Shown here: positions 40,424-50,359 of the stretch, one piece after another
Layout: each line of letters opens with the position of its first letter
How positions within the stretch are numbered: position 1 is the stretch's first letter
Source: an uncultured delta proteobacterium
Lineage (GTDB): Bacteria > Desulfobacterota > Binatia > Binatales > Binataceae
Reading direction: 5' to 3'
NCBI GenBank assembly: GCA_963724765.1
Contig: CAVRVY010000001.1
Coordinates: forward strand, 288,001-352,000
DNA length: 64,000 bases
The notes under the pieces: generated by a model
Seen by the model: the letters and a program-made list of their open reading frames with translations, nothing else
Databases searched by the model: none
Told to the model about the DNA's origin: nothing
Translations under genes and position numbers: made by a program

Positions 40424-40656
40424 AAGCATGCATTCAACCAGGTTGATTCGTTCGGACCACCGAAACGAGACATATCGTATCCTGGAGCGCCGTTAGAAGA
40501 AGATTGACGCGATCTGGCTCTTCCTTCGACCGTCTCACCGGTTAAATTCAGACCGGCGGTTCAGTTTCCTTGAGCGATTGCGTACCAAGATCTTCGACCG
40601 CGAACACGGAAATAGTAGCTGCGACTGAATAGCCCTGATACGTGTAATCCAACAGC

Positions 40657-42099
40657 TCAATGACCTGCTTCTATCAGGCGGACATCAGCCCGGGCGTCGA
40701 CACCCCCGCGGGCAGGCTGACCGAACCACGCCAGCGGCTGATGGAGCCGCGTCACTTCACCCACGATTATCAGTGCGGGCGCGGTCATCCTGCGTCCCGC
40801 CAGCACGCCCGGTAACGTTGCGGCGGTGGCCGTGACTACTTCCTGGGTGGCACGCGTTCCGTCTGCAATAAGCGCCGCGCCGGTCTCGGGCGGCAAGCCG
40901 TGATCGATGAGCTTGCGGCAGATCGATTCGGCCTCGAAGCGCGACATGTAAAAGACCAGTGTCTGGCCGGAGCGCGCGAGGGTTTCCCAGTCGGGCTCGC
41001 TCGCGCCGTTTTTTCCGTGGGCCGTCACCAGCACACATTGGGAGGAAAGGTCGCGATGGGTGAGCGGTATGCCAGCGTACGCGGCGCATCCGCTGGCCGC
41101 GGTGATCCCCGGCACCACTTGATAAGGGATTCCGGCGGCGGCGAGCGCCTCGAGCTCTTCGCCCATCCGGCCGAAGACGGAGGGATCGCCCCCTTTGAGC
41201 CGCAGCACGCGCTTACCCTCTCGCGCCATTGTGATCATCATCTCGTTGATCTCGGACTGGCTTAGTTGATGCTCACCGCATCGCTTGCCGGCGTCGAGCA
41301 CTTCGGCCTCGCGCCGGACCAGCGCGAGGATCTCAGCCGAGACCAGGCGATCGTGCAATACCACGTCGGCCTGCTGCATTAATTGCAGCGCGCGCAGGGT
41401 CAGCAGGCTCGGATCGCCTGGACCTGCGCCCACAATGTAGACTTCGCCCGCTGTTTGCGCGCTCGCGGCAGTGTTGCAGATCTCTTCGGCAAGCAGCCGC
41501 TCGGCGCCCGCCTCGTCACCGGCAAGCGCACGCGATGCGACCGATCCCGTGGCCACGCGCTCCCAGAACCGCCGCCGCGCCGCTGGATCGGTGATAGCCC
41601 GCGACACCGCCGTGCGCCAGCGGCCCATCAGCGCGGCAAGCCCGCCGAGCCGTGCCGGAAGGATCGCCTCGATCTTTGTCTTGACTGTCCGCGCAAGCAC
41701 GGGCGCCGCGCCGGAAGTGCCGATCGCGACTATCAGCGGCGAGCGATCGACTATCGCGGGCATGATGAAGCTGCACAGCTCGGGGTCGTCCACGACATTG
41801 ACCGGAATCGCGCGTTGGCGAGCCTCCTCGGCCACGCTCCGGTTGAGTTCGCGGTCATCGGTTGCCGCCACCACCAGGCGCGTTCCGTCGAGCTCTGAAC
41901 CATCGAACCCCCGCGCCGACGCCTCGAGCATCCCGCGGTTGGCCATCGCGCCGATCACGCCTCCAATTCGGCAGGCTACAACGCGGACGCGCGCGCCCGC
42001 GCCTACCAACTGCGCGGCCTTGCGCGCTGCGACGACGCCGCCACCGACCACCAGGCAGGGCGTGTCGTTTAGATCGACGAAGATAGGAAACCAGTCCAT
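40657..42099 (-). CDS. cysG: Siroheme synthase
   Basis: LVVGGG.VAARK, VNVVDDPELCSFIMP, VGAGPGDP.LLTLRA, RLKGGDP..FGR. Confidence 0.96.
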   Translation of the reverse strand: MDWFPIFVDLNDTPCLVVGGGVVAARKAAQLVGAGARVRVVACRIGGVIGAMANRGMLEASARGFDGSELDGTRLVVAATDDRELNRSVAEEARQRAIPVNVVDDPELCSFIMPAIVDRSPLIVAIGTSGAAPVLARTVKTKIEAILPARLGGLAALMGRWRTAVSRAITDPAARRRFWERVATGSVASRALAGDEAGAERLLAEEICNTAASAQTAGEVYIVGAGPGDPSLLTLRALQLMQQADVVLHDRLVSAEILALVRREAEVLDAGKRCGEHQLSQSEINEMMITMAREGKRVLRLKGGDPSVFGRMGEELEALAAAGIPYQVVPGITAASGCAAYAGIPLTHRDLSSQCVLVTAHGKNGASEPDWETLARSGQTLVFYMSRFEAESICRKLIDHGLPPETGAALIADGTRATQEVVTATAATLPGVLAGRRMTAPALIIVGEVTRLHQPLAWFGQPARGGVDARADVRLIEAGH

Positions 42100-42123
42100 A
42101 GATGGAGCGTGGGTCGTGGCGTC

Positions 42124-42621
42124 TCAGCTCAGGCTGACTTCAAGACTTTCGAGCGTGCAGCTCGAGGGACCGATCCGAATAACCATCTGGAAGTCGGTGG
42201 TTGCGAGCGAGAGAGCGAACGACCCGGGCCCGCGCAGGGATAGGGCGAGATCCTTGATGCTCTGGTCCTTGAGCTTTGCGAGCGCTGCGCTCACCGCTGC
42301 GGCAGAGGCCGCCGCCGCCTCGCCCGCTTCGGTGCGGCGGTAGAGCTTGCGCGCGACGGCTTCAGCGGTGGGCCCGTTATGGTTGCGCAGGCGCCCGCTG
42401 TTGATCAGCAGCTCCAGCAGCGCCGCCACCGCGCCTTCATGCTCCGGCCGCAGGTGGCGATCGGCTAGCGCGGCGGTCAGTTCCTCGTAGCGCTGCCGGC
42501 TCGCGGAGTCTGTCGCCGCGACCGCCATTTGCGCGACATGAGGTGCAATCAGCGCCGCTTCGAAATCGTCCAGCTCGAGCGCGCGAGCTTCGGTACGTTC
42601 ATCGGTGGAATCCACGATCAC
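42124..42621 (-). CDS. Hypothetical protein translationally coupled to cysH
   Basis: GTGA overlap with the cysH stop; 165 aa, no recognised motif. Confidence 0.8.
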   Translation of the reverse strand: MIVDSTDERTEARALELDDFEAALIAPHVAQMAVAATDSASRQRYEELTAALADRHLRPEHEGAVAALLELLINSGRLRNHNGPTAEAVARKLYRRTEAGEAAAASAAAVSAALAKLKDQSIKDLALSLRGPGSFALSLATTDFQMVIRIGPSSCTLESLEVSLS

Positions 42622-43439
42622 TCCTGGCCGGCGCCGTCTCCGTGATTGCCGAGCAATGCGGCAAGCTCGTGCTCAAAGCCGCCGGTTTCGATCGCGCAGT
42701 GCATCCCGCATTCCTTCGGCGCCCCCTTCTCCCACCACCATCGTCCCGAGCGCGGATCGGCGCCCGGCTGGACCGCGCGAGTGCAGAGCTCGCATCCAAT
42801 CGAGGCGTAGCCGCGGTCGTAGAGCGCGTTGTAGGGGACGTCGTTGGCGCGGAGGTAATCCCAGACCTCCTCCTCGCTCCAATCCGCCAGCGGCGATATC
42901 TTCACGATTGCGCCGTGGTCGTGATCGATCTCGATCTTGCGGATATTTGATCGCGTGGCCCACTGGTCGCGCCGCAGTCCGGTTACCCAGGCGTCACAAT
43001 TGATCAGCGCGCTGCGCAGCGGCAGTACCTTGCGCACCTGGCAGCAGAGCAGGCGCAGATTGACTTCGCGAAAAAAGAAATCGGGGCCGCCATGCCGGCG
43101 CACCATCGTCCCGATGGTCGCGTGGTCGGGCCTGTGGACTTCAATTTCGATTCCGTAGCGCTCGCGAATCCGCCCGATCACCGCGAGCGTTTCCGCCGGC
43201 AGGCGACCGGTATCGATGGTGAAGACGCGCACGGTGGGATCGATATTGACCGCCATGTCGATCAGCGCACATCCCTCGGCCTGGAAGCTCGAACAGATCG
43301 CCAGACGCGATCCAAAACGATCGAGGCCCCATCGCAGAACCTCCTGCGGTGTCTTATCGTCCAGTTCGACCCCCGCCTCGCCGGCCTCAAGCTCGTCCAT
43401 GACCAGGCGCGGATCGGTATTGTCAAAGCCCTCATTCAT
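42618..43439 (-). CDS. cysH: APS/PAPS reductase, Fe-S (APS-type) motifs
   Basis: IDTGRL, CCQVRKV.PL, WVTGLRRDQ, SIGCELCT, RSGRWWWE..KECGMH. Confidence 0.95.
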   Translation of the reverse strand: MNEGFDNTDPRLVMDELEAGEAGVELDDKTPQEVLRWGLDRFGSRLAICSSFQAEGCALIDMAVNIDPTVRVFTIDTGRLPAETLAVIGRIRERYGIEIEVHRPDHATIGTMVRRHGGPDFFFREVNLRLLCCQVRKVLPLRSALINCDAWVTGLRRDQWATRSNIRKIEIDHDHGAIVKISPLADWSEEEVWDYLRANDVPYNALYDRGYASIGCELCTRAVQPGADPRSGRWWWEKGAPKECGMHCAIETGGFEHELAALLGNHGDGAGQE

Positions 43440-43452
43440 TGAAGTTTTGCCC

Positions 43453-45081
43453 CTACACTGAACTTTCGAGATTCAGGCCAGATCCATGGCCGATGGCAAT
43501 CAGTTCCTGGTCCGACAGCCGGACGCAGAAATCCTGGAATGATTCGGATGCCGCACGCCGGGCCAAATAGGCGCCAACCAGGCGCGCCACGGTGTCCTCG
43601 ACCAGTGCCGACGGCATCCGCCGCAACAGCGGCTTTCCGATCGCGGCCCTGGGTCCCAGGCCGCCGCGCAGGATGATGTCATAAGCTTCGACGGGCTCAC
43701 CGCGCGGCCCGCGTCCGGTGGTTCCCTGCAGACCGATATCGCCGGTCCAGTGATGGCCGCAGGCATGAGGGCAGCCGTCGAGATTGATCGCGAGCCCACT
43801 GGCGGCGGCTCCGAACTCGCGCGCCAGCCGCTCAAGGATCGACTCCAGCTTGGGCTTGGTCGGCGTCACAGCGTAGTTGCAATGCGGGTCGCCGATGCAT
43901 GCGATCGACGAGGCGCAGGCGCTGCCGGTCTCGAGCGGAAATCCGAGCTCGCCAACGCGGTTGATTATTTCCTGAAGCCGCGCCGCGGGAATGTCGGTGA
44001 GGATGAAGTTCTGCCGGCGCGTCAGGCGGATATCGCCGCCGATTTCGTCCGCGAGGCCGGCCAGTGCGATCATCTGGGCGCCGCTCATCATGCCGAGCCT
44101 GACCGGAAAGCCGACGTAGCGGAGCCCGGGCTGCTTCTGCTCGTGCATGCCTATGTGATCGTCATCGCCTTCGAGCGCCGGCGTCTCGGCCAGGTCGGGC
44201 AGTCTGCGGCCTAGCCGCTCCTCGACCAGACGGCGGAATTCCACCACGCCATAGTCGTCGATCATGAACTTCAGCCGCGCCTTGACCCGCGATACGCGGT
44301 AGCGCGTGCTGAGCCGCCACACGTCAACGATCGCGCGCAGAACCTCGAGCGTTTGCTCGTGCGATACGAAGACGCCGAGATGGCGCGACAGCCGCGGCGT
44401 CGACGACTGGCCTCCGCCCACGCGCACCGCAAAACCGTCCGCGCCTCCAGGCGCCACGCCGACCATCGCGATGCAGTTAATCTCCGGAGCATTGCATCCG
44501 GTGGGGCAGGTCGAAATCGTGATCTTGTGCTTGCGCGGCAGGTCCGAGTACTCGCGGTTGCCAGAGAAAAATCGCGCCGCCTCGGTCACCACGCCGGTGG
44601 CGTCGAAAAGCTCGCGCCGATCGATCCCTGACACCGGGCATCCCGTGATATTGCGCACTGCGTCGCCGCACGCGCCCAGCGTCGTCAACGCGACCGCGCG
44701 AAGTCGATCGGCGATCGCGGGAAAATGTTCGAGTCCGATGTAATGAAGCTGAATGTTCTGACGGGTCGTCAATTCACCCTGGCCGCGGCCGTAGCGCTGG
44801 CTGAGGTCACCAATTAGACGCAACGCGGCGGGCTCCAGGATGCCGCCAGGAACTTTGACGCGCATCATGAAGCTGCCGAGCTTGGGTTTGTCGTGATAGA
44901 GCCCGAACCATTGCAGCCGCACGACGTCGGTTTCTGCCAGGTCCTCATAAGGGGTCTCCACCAGACGGTTCCACTGCTGCGCTAGGTCGAGCGGAAACAG
45001 CTCCCGCTTCAGGCGTTCTACAGAGTTGCGCTTGAGGACCGTTTCCCAAGGGGGTGCCTCTGTCTTTGGAAGCTGTGCCAT
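43453..45081 (-). CDS. sir: Ferredoxin-type sulfite/nitrite reductase hemoprotein
   Basis: FMMRVKVPGG, TTRQNIQLH, CGDAVRN, LPRKHK, CIGDPHC...GCPHACG; sulfur-gene context. Confidence 0.92.
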   Translation of the reverse strand: MAQLPKTEAPPWETVLKRNSVERLKRELFPLDLAQQWNRLVETPYEDLAETDVVRLQWFGLYHDKPKLGSFMMRVKVPGGILEPAALRLIGDLSQRYGRGQGELTTRQNIQLHYIGLEHFPAIADRLRAVALTTLGACGDAVRNITGCPVSGIDRRELFDATGVVTEAARFFSGNREYSDLPRKHKITISTCPTGCNAPEINCIAMVGVAPGGADGFAVRVGGGQSSTPRLSRHLGVFVSHEQTLEVLRAIVDVWRLSTRYRVSRVKARLKFMIDDYGVVEFRRLVEERLGRRLPDLAETPALEGDDDHIGMHEQKQPGLRYVGFPVRLGMMSGAQMIALAGLADEIGGDIRLTRRQNFILTDIPAARLQEIINRVGELGFPLETGSACASSIACIGDPHCNYAVTPTKPKLESILERLAREFGAAASGLAINLDGCPHACGHHWTGDIGLQGTTGRGPRGEPVEAYDIILRGGLGPRAAIGKPLLRRMPSALVEDTVARLVGAYLARRAASESFQDFCVRLSDQELIAIGHGSGLNLESSV

Positions 45082-45093
45082 CCAGATAAAAGA

Positions 45094-45204
45094 TGACTTA
45101 AAGCATCATCTTAGTCAAATAATTCGGCCATTTAGTAATTTGTCTGAGAAAATTGATTCACAGCACAGGGTGTTTTATATAAATCGACTAAGTCGATAGA
45201 TTAA
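45094..45204. promoter_or_regulatory. AT-rich divergent promoter with palindromes TGACT-N14-AGTCA and TCGACT-A-AGTCGA
   Basis: Read directly at 45094-45117 and about 45184-45196. Confidence 0.55.
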
Positions 45205-45324
45205 TAGTAGAAATTGCTTTAGCCAAGTCGCTATTCCGGACATGCACGAAGGATTGGCAAAGGGCCAAAGCGGGCAAAACGGATGGGAGGCCCAGATAAG
45301 GGCGGCAGGAAGGGAAGAAGAGAT

Positions 45325-45690
45325 ATGAGGAAGTTTCAGGCACGAGCATCGGGATTGTTGTTCGGCGCGTGGTTGGCGCTCGCCACCGGATGCGCCTCGA
45401 CGGCTGGGTGGGGACCGCCCCCCTCGGGTACGCCCGCACAGGTTGCGGCCGCACACAGTGGCGCCCCGGCTTTCAGGAGCACCAGCGTGATCGGGAGTAT
45501 GGCCAAGAATGCGGAGGCCGCGAAGATTCCGCCGAACGTCCGTGTTCAGGATTGCGCAATTGTCGCGATCTCGTCGCCCAGCAGATTCGCCTGTGATGGC
45601 AAGGTCTACACGAGTTTTCAACTGTACCGGGCAAGGCAGCAGGCCGAGGGCAACGACCCGCACACGGCCGGGAGCAACGAATCACCATAA
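45325..45690 (+). CDS. Small hypothetical lipoprotein
   Basis: Purine-rich RBS, lipobox LATGC, two-Cys C-terminal domain. Confidence 0.7.
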   Translation: MRKFQARASGLLFGAWLALATGCASTAGWGPPPSGTPAQVAAAHSGAPAFRSTSVIGSMAKNAEAAKIPPNVRVQDCAIVAISSPSRFACDGKVYTSFQLYRARQQAEGNDPHTAGSNESP

Positions 45691-45793
45691 GTCGGTCCGC
45701 CGGATTTCGGCGGGGCCGCGATGGTTGAGGAGTGTTTTACGGGTTTCGCGTAGGGAACTGGTCGTCGATAGATCGAAAATTGAAGGAAAACCA

Positions 45794-47532
45794 ATGAGAG
45801 TCAGAAGACTACTGAGTATAGCACTTTTGGCAGTATCTATCATTACTCCGATGCGGCGCGTAGCGGCTCAGGACATCACCGCCGCGACCAAACTGTGGGT
45901 CGATAGCAAGACGGGTCAGGTCTTCGTGCGGCCGGGCAAGGGCCGCGTGCCGTTCACGCTTGGCGGCCCGGTTGATCAGCGGGCGATCGAGCAAAACGTG
46001 GAGCAGAAGGTCGAGGCGAGGACCAACGATCAGATCAAGACCCAGGTTCAGCAAAGCGCCGCACAGCTACAGGAACAGAACCAGGTGCTCGCCCAGCAGG
46101 TCAACGAGATGCAGCCGGCCTGGAAGAGCTACACGGATGACTTCCGTGACAAGATCCGGCTCGGCACGGTCCTCTTCGGCGATTACCGGTTCTACACCAA
46201 TACGGGCTTTCAACCGCAGGAGCAGGAGAATTTAAGCAATCTGGGTCCGGGCAACAACAACTACAATTCGTTCGACATCACCCGGGCGTATCTCAATTTC
46301 TTTTTCTTTCCGACCAAAACTGGTCAGTGCGAGTTACCCCGGATGTCTACAAAACGATCGGTTCATCGAACGATAAGATCGGACAGACCACGGGTGTCGG
46401 CAGCAACCTGGACGGCGATTTCGGCGTGCGCCTGAAGTACGCCAGTTTGACGTACGACTCCCTATGGAATGCCGTTCCAATGCTCAAGGGTGGAACGGCT
46501 TCGTTCGGTGAGATCTCCAACCCATTTACGGAATGGGAAGAAAACCTCTACGAATTTCGCTTCGTTAATTCTACTCCATGGAACTATCTCGGCCTGGCGT
46601 CGGCGCAGACCGGAGTGTCTGTGCAAGGGCCGGTCAGGTTCGGCGAGAAGGCGTATTTCGACTACGGAATCGGTGCTTTTACCAACGCGAACTATCACAC
46701 CTTCGAGGAGAGCGACACCAAGCAGTTCATGGCGCGGATTTCCGCCTACCCGTTCGGCGCAAACTGGCGCTACGACGGACTGGGTATAACCGGCTTCTAC
46801 AACTACGGCTACGGCAACACGGCGCCTGACACTGCCGATATACCGACGACGCTGAAGGGTGGCAACGCGCATATCCAGAGGATCGCAACGATAGTGCACT
46901 ACACCGCTGAAAGTTGGGGCTTGGCGGGCGAGTTTGACTCAGGCAGCAACGCGTTTCAAGCGTCCAACCTATGGTCCGGCAGCGGTCCGGCTGACGCGTT
47001 CGGCTTCCCGACCGGCAAAGCGATCACCTCGGGAACCTTCGCCGGTAACACTTGCGGCAATGGCACCACTACCATCGTAAAAGGCAAGCTCATACAGCCC
47101 TGCTATCCGCTGCTTAACACCTACGGACCGCAGGCGGATGCGCAGACGGCGATCCTGAACAATGGCCAGGCGCAGCAACTGGGCGTCGACTTCTTCGGCC
47201 ACTTTCATATCCCGGAAACGCCGATCACCGCGTTTGGCATGTTCCAGTGGCTGTTACACAACACCCAGTTCGCCAACGACCCCCTGGACTTCCAGCGCTG
47301 GGTCTTCGGCCTGAGCTATCGGTACAACGAGTATCTGCGTTTCGCGATCGACAGTCAGAATCTCTCATTCTATCATGGCCAACAGTCAATTCCGATCTCA
47401 GTGCTGAAACCGTTCGGTTACTCGCCCGGTGGCACCTTCAACGGTCAGACGCTGCCCAAGACCGGCAGTATTCCGGACATGGTGCAGCGCGACACGCACT
47501 CCATATTCGCTAACGTGGAGTTCGCCTACTAA
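45794..47532 (+). CDS. Porin-like outer-membrane protein, frameshifted near 46318
   Basis: Signal peptide, coiled-coil, [10 protein letters not shown] then RVTPD...VRLKYA in the next frame, C-terminal ANVEFAY. Confidence 0.8.
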
Positions 47533-47546
47533 CCGAACTGAGTAAT

Positions 47547-48569
47547 ATGAAACAGCGACCTTGTTTAGCATGTTTTTCGATCGCAATGGTTCTGACACTT
47601 GCCGGGCCGCTCGTGCGGCCCGGCAAGGCGCGCGCCGGACAAACGATTCTCAATGTCTCGTATGATGCGACGCGAGAGCTTTACGAAGACATTGGCGCCG
47701 AGTTCGCAAAACAGTGGAAAGCCAAAACCGGCGAGGACATAAGCGTCAACCTTTCCAATGGGGGATCGGGCAAGCAGGCACGCGCCGTAATCGATGGCCT
47801 CGAGGCCGACGTGGTGACGCTGGGCCTCGCTTACGATATCGACGCGATCAGCCAAAAAGGGGGCCTGTTACCCGCGAACTGGCAGAGCCGGCTGCCATAC
47901 AACAGCATGCCATACACATCCACGGTCGTTTTCCTCGTGCGCAGTGGAAATCCTAAAAAAATCAAAGATTGGCCCGACCTGGTGAAACCGGGAGTATCGG
48001 TCATCACGCCGAATCCAAAGACTTCCGGCGGCGCGCGATGGGTTTATCTCGCCGCATGGGGTTCCGCCTTGGAGGCGCCCGGCGGGAGCGAGGACAAGGC
48101 GCGGGAGTTCGTGACAAAATTCTACAGGAACGTGCCGGTGCTCGATTCAGGCGCACGCGGCTCGACTGACACTTTCGTGCAGCGCGAGATCGGCGACGTT
48201 CTTGTGTCCTGGGAAAGCGAGGCCTATCTTGCGATCGGTCAATTCGGCAAGGGCAAGTTCGAGATTGTCTATCCCTCGACCAGCATCCTGGCCGAGCCGC
48301 CGGTGGCCCTGATCGACAAGGTCGTTGCCAGACGCGGGACAGGCAAGGTCGCCCAGGCATATCTCGAATATCTGTACACGCCGCAGGCACAGGAGATCGC
48401 GGCGAGGCATTTCTTCCGGCCGCGGCTCGCTTCGGTGGCCGACAAATACAAGTCCACATTTCCGAAGATCAAGCTCTTCACCGTGGATAGTGCATTCGGG
48501 GGATGGCAGAAGGCGCAGCGAACGCATTTCGCTGACGGCGGCGTGTTCGATCAAATATATAAGCCGTAA
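47547..48569 (+). CDS. sbp: Sulfate ABC transporter substrate-binding protein
   Basis: [53 protein letters not shown]. Confidence 0.96.
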   Translation: MKQRPCLACFSIAMVLTLAGPLVRPGKARAGQTILNVSYDATRELYEDIGAEFAKQWKAKTGEDISVNLSNGGSGKQARAVIDGLEADVVTLGLAYDIDAISQKGGLLPANWQSRLPYNSMPYTSTVVFLVRSGNPKKIKDWPDLVKPGVSVITPNPKTSGGARWVYLAAWGSALEAPGGSEDKAREFVTKFYRNVPVLDSGARGSTDTFVQREIGDVLVSWESEAYLAIGQFGKGKFEIVYPSTSILAEPPVALIDKVVARRGTGKVAQAYLEYLYTPQAQEIAARHFFRPRLASVADKYKSTFPKIKLFTVDSAFGGWQKAQRTHFADGGVFDQIYKP

Positions 48570-48594
48570 CCGAGGCCGGTGGATTAGCGAGTCT

Positions 48595-49428
48595 ATGTCA
48601 ATAATGCAACGCAGGCGCAGCGTGATCCCAGGGTTTGGCTTGACGATGGGCTGTACCATCGTATACCTGAGCCTGATCGCGCTGATTCCGCTCTCGACGA
48701 TAGTTCTCAAAACCAGCACGATGGGATGGGAGCGGTTTTGGGCGGTCGTTCTTTCGCCACGCGTGCTCGCGGCCTGCCGGCTGAGCATCGGCACGTCGCT
48801 GGCCGGCGCTACGATCAATTCCATCTTAGGGGTCATCGTGGCGTGGGCCCTGGTGCGATATCGCTTTCCACTGCGCGACTTCGTGGACGCGTTGGTGGAT
48901 TTGCCGTTCGCGCTGCCGACGTCGGTAGCAGGAATCACCCTGACGACGTTGTGTGCACATAATGGATGGATCGGGCGGCTGGCCGCACCTTTGGGAATAA
49001 AAATTGCATTCACGCCGCTGGGCATCATCGTGGCGCTTATTTTCATCGGCCTGCCGTTCGTAGTCCGCACCGTTCAGCCGGTCCTGCAGGATCTCGAACC
49101 CGAGCTGGAGGAGGCGGCGGCAACCCTGGGCGCGACCCGGGTTCAGGCTTTCAGGCGCGTGATCGCGCCGGTCCTGATGCCCGCCATGATGACCGGATTC
49201 TCGCTGGCCTTTGCCCGTGCGCTCGGTGAGTATGGGTCCGTAGTGTTTATTTCGGGCAACATGCCGATGCGTACCGAGGTCGTGCCGCTGCTCATCGTTA
49301 CCGAACTCGAGCAGTTCGATTATCAGAGCGCCACCGCGATCGCTCTCGTAATTCTGGTGCTGTCGTTCACGATCCTGTTTCTGATCAACATGCTGCAGAA
49401 ATGGGGCGCGGGTCGCGTCGTTGGCTGA
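48595..49428 (+). CDS. cysT: Sulfate ABC transporter permease
   Basis: VIPGFGLTMG, VDLPFALPTSVAG, EEAAATLGA, GEYGSVVFISGNMP. Confidence 0.95.
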   Translation: MSIMQRRRSVIPGFGLTMGCTIVYLSLIALIPLSTIVLKTSTMGWERFWAVVLSPRVLAACRLSIGTSLAGATINSILGVIVAWALVRYRFPLRDFVDALVDLPFALPTSVAGITLTTLCAHNGWIGRLAAPLGIKIAFTPLGIIVALIFIGLPFVVRTVQPVLQDLEPELEEAAATLGATRVQAFRRVIAPVLMPAMMTGFSLAFARALGEYGSVVFISGNMPMRTEVVPLLIVTELEQFDYQSATAIALVILVLSFTILFLINMLQKWGAGRVVG

Positions 49429-50359
49429 GCCGAATATAGACGGATCCGGCGGCGCCAGGCCGAGCGCTCGGTTGCACGACGACGCGCGTGCCAGGATGCG
49501 CCGGGCGACCACCGAACCGCCGTGGGCGCAGGCGCTGATTATCGTTGTAGCGATAGTCTTCCTGGGGCTGTTCCTGGTCGTTCCGCTGATCGCCGTCTTC
49601 ACCGAGGCGCTGCGCAGCGGCATCGGCGTCTATATCGCGGCGATTATCAATCCCGAAGCGCGCAGTGCGATTCGGCTGACGCTGCTCGCGGCGGCGATAG
49701 CAGTCCCGCTTAATACGGCCTTCGGAGTCGGCGCGGCGTGGGCGATTACGCGCTTCGAATTTCGCGGCAAGAATCTGCTGACCACGCTGATCGATCTGCC
49801 CTTCGCCGTCTCTCCGGTCATCGCCGGGCTTACCTACGTTCTTCTGTTCGGCTCGCATGGAATCGTCGGGCCGTGGCTTATGGCGAGGGGAATCCATATT
49901 ATTTTCGCCGTCCCGGGAATCATCCTCGCCACGACTTTCGTGACTTTGCCGTTTGTCGCGCGCGAGCTGATTCCGGTAATGGAGGCTGCCGGCGTCGAAG
50001 AAGAGCTTGCGGCGCTGACCCTGGGCGCGGGCGGATGGCAGACGTTATGGCGCGTCACGTTGCCCAACATAAAGTGGGGTCTGCTTTACGGTGTGATTAT
50101 CTGCAACGCGCGCGCGATGGGCGAATTCGGGGCGGTCTCGGTGGTCTCCGGCCATATCCGAGGATTGACGGACACGATGCCGCTTTACGTCGAGATTCTG
50201 TATGACGATTACGCATTTGCGGCTTCCTTCGCGGTGGCGTCGCTGCTGACCTTGCTCGCGCTTGTAACGCTCGTGGCCAAGCGGATACTGGGCGGCAGGG
50301 TCCATGAGACTGAAGAAGTAGAGGAGTTCGAAGAGCATTCGGAAGTAAAAGCGGCATGA
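49421..50359 (+). CDS. cysW: Sulfate ABC transporter permease
   Basis: [43 protein letters not shown]. Confidence 0.95.
   Translation: MAEPNIDGSGGARPSARLHDDARARMRRATTEPPWAQALIIVVAIVFLGLFLVVPLIAVFTEALRSGIGVYIAAIINPEARSAIRLTLLAAAIAVPLNTAFGVGAAWAITRFEFRGKNLLTTLIDLPFAVSPVIAGLTYVLLFGSHGIVGPWLMARGIHIIFAVPGIILATTFVTLPFVARELIPVMEAAGVEEELAALTLGAGGWQTLWRVTLPNIKWGLLYGVIICNARAMGEFGAVSVVSGHIRGLTDTMPLYVEILYDDYAFAASFAVASLLTLLALVTLVAKRILGGRVHETEEVEEFEEHSEVKAA

Noticed and set aside
40579-40596. Sixth copy of the island motif (GCGTAC-CAAG-ATCTTC)
   Set aside because: Poor match and it lies between convergent gene ends.
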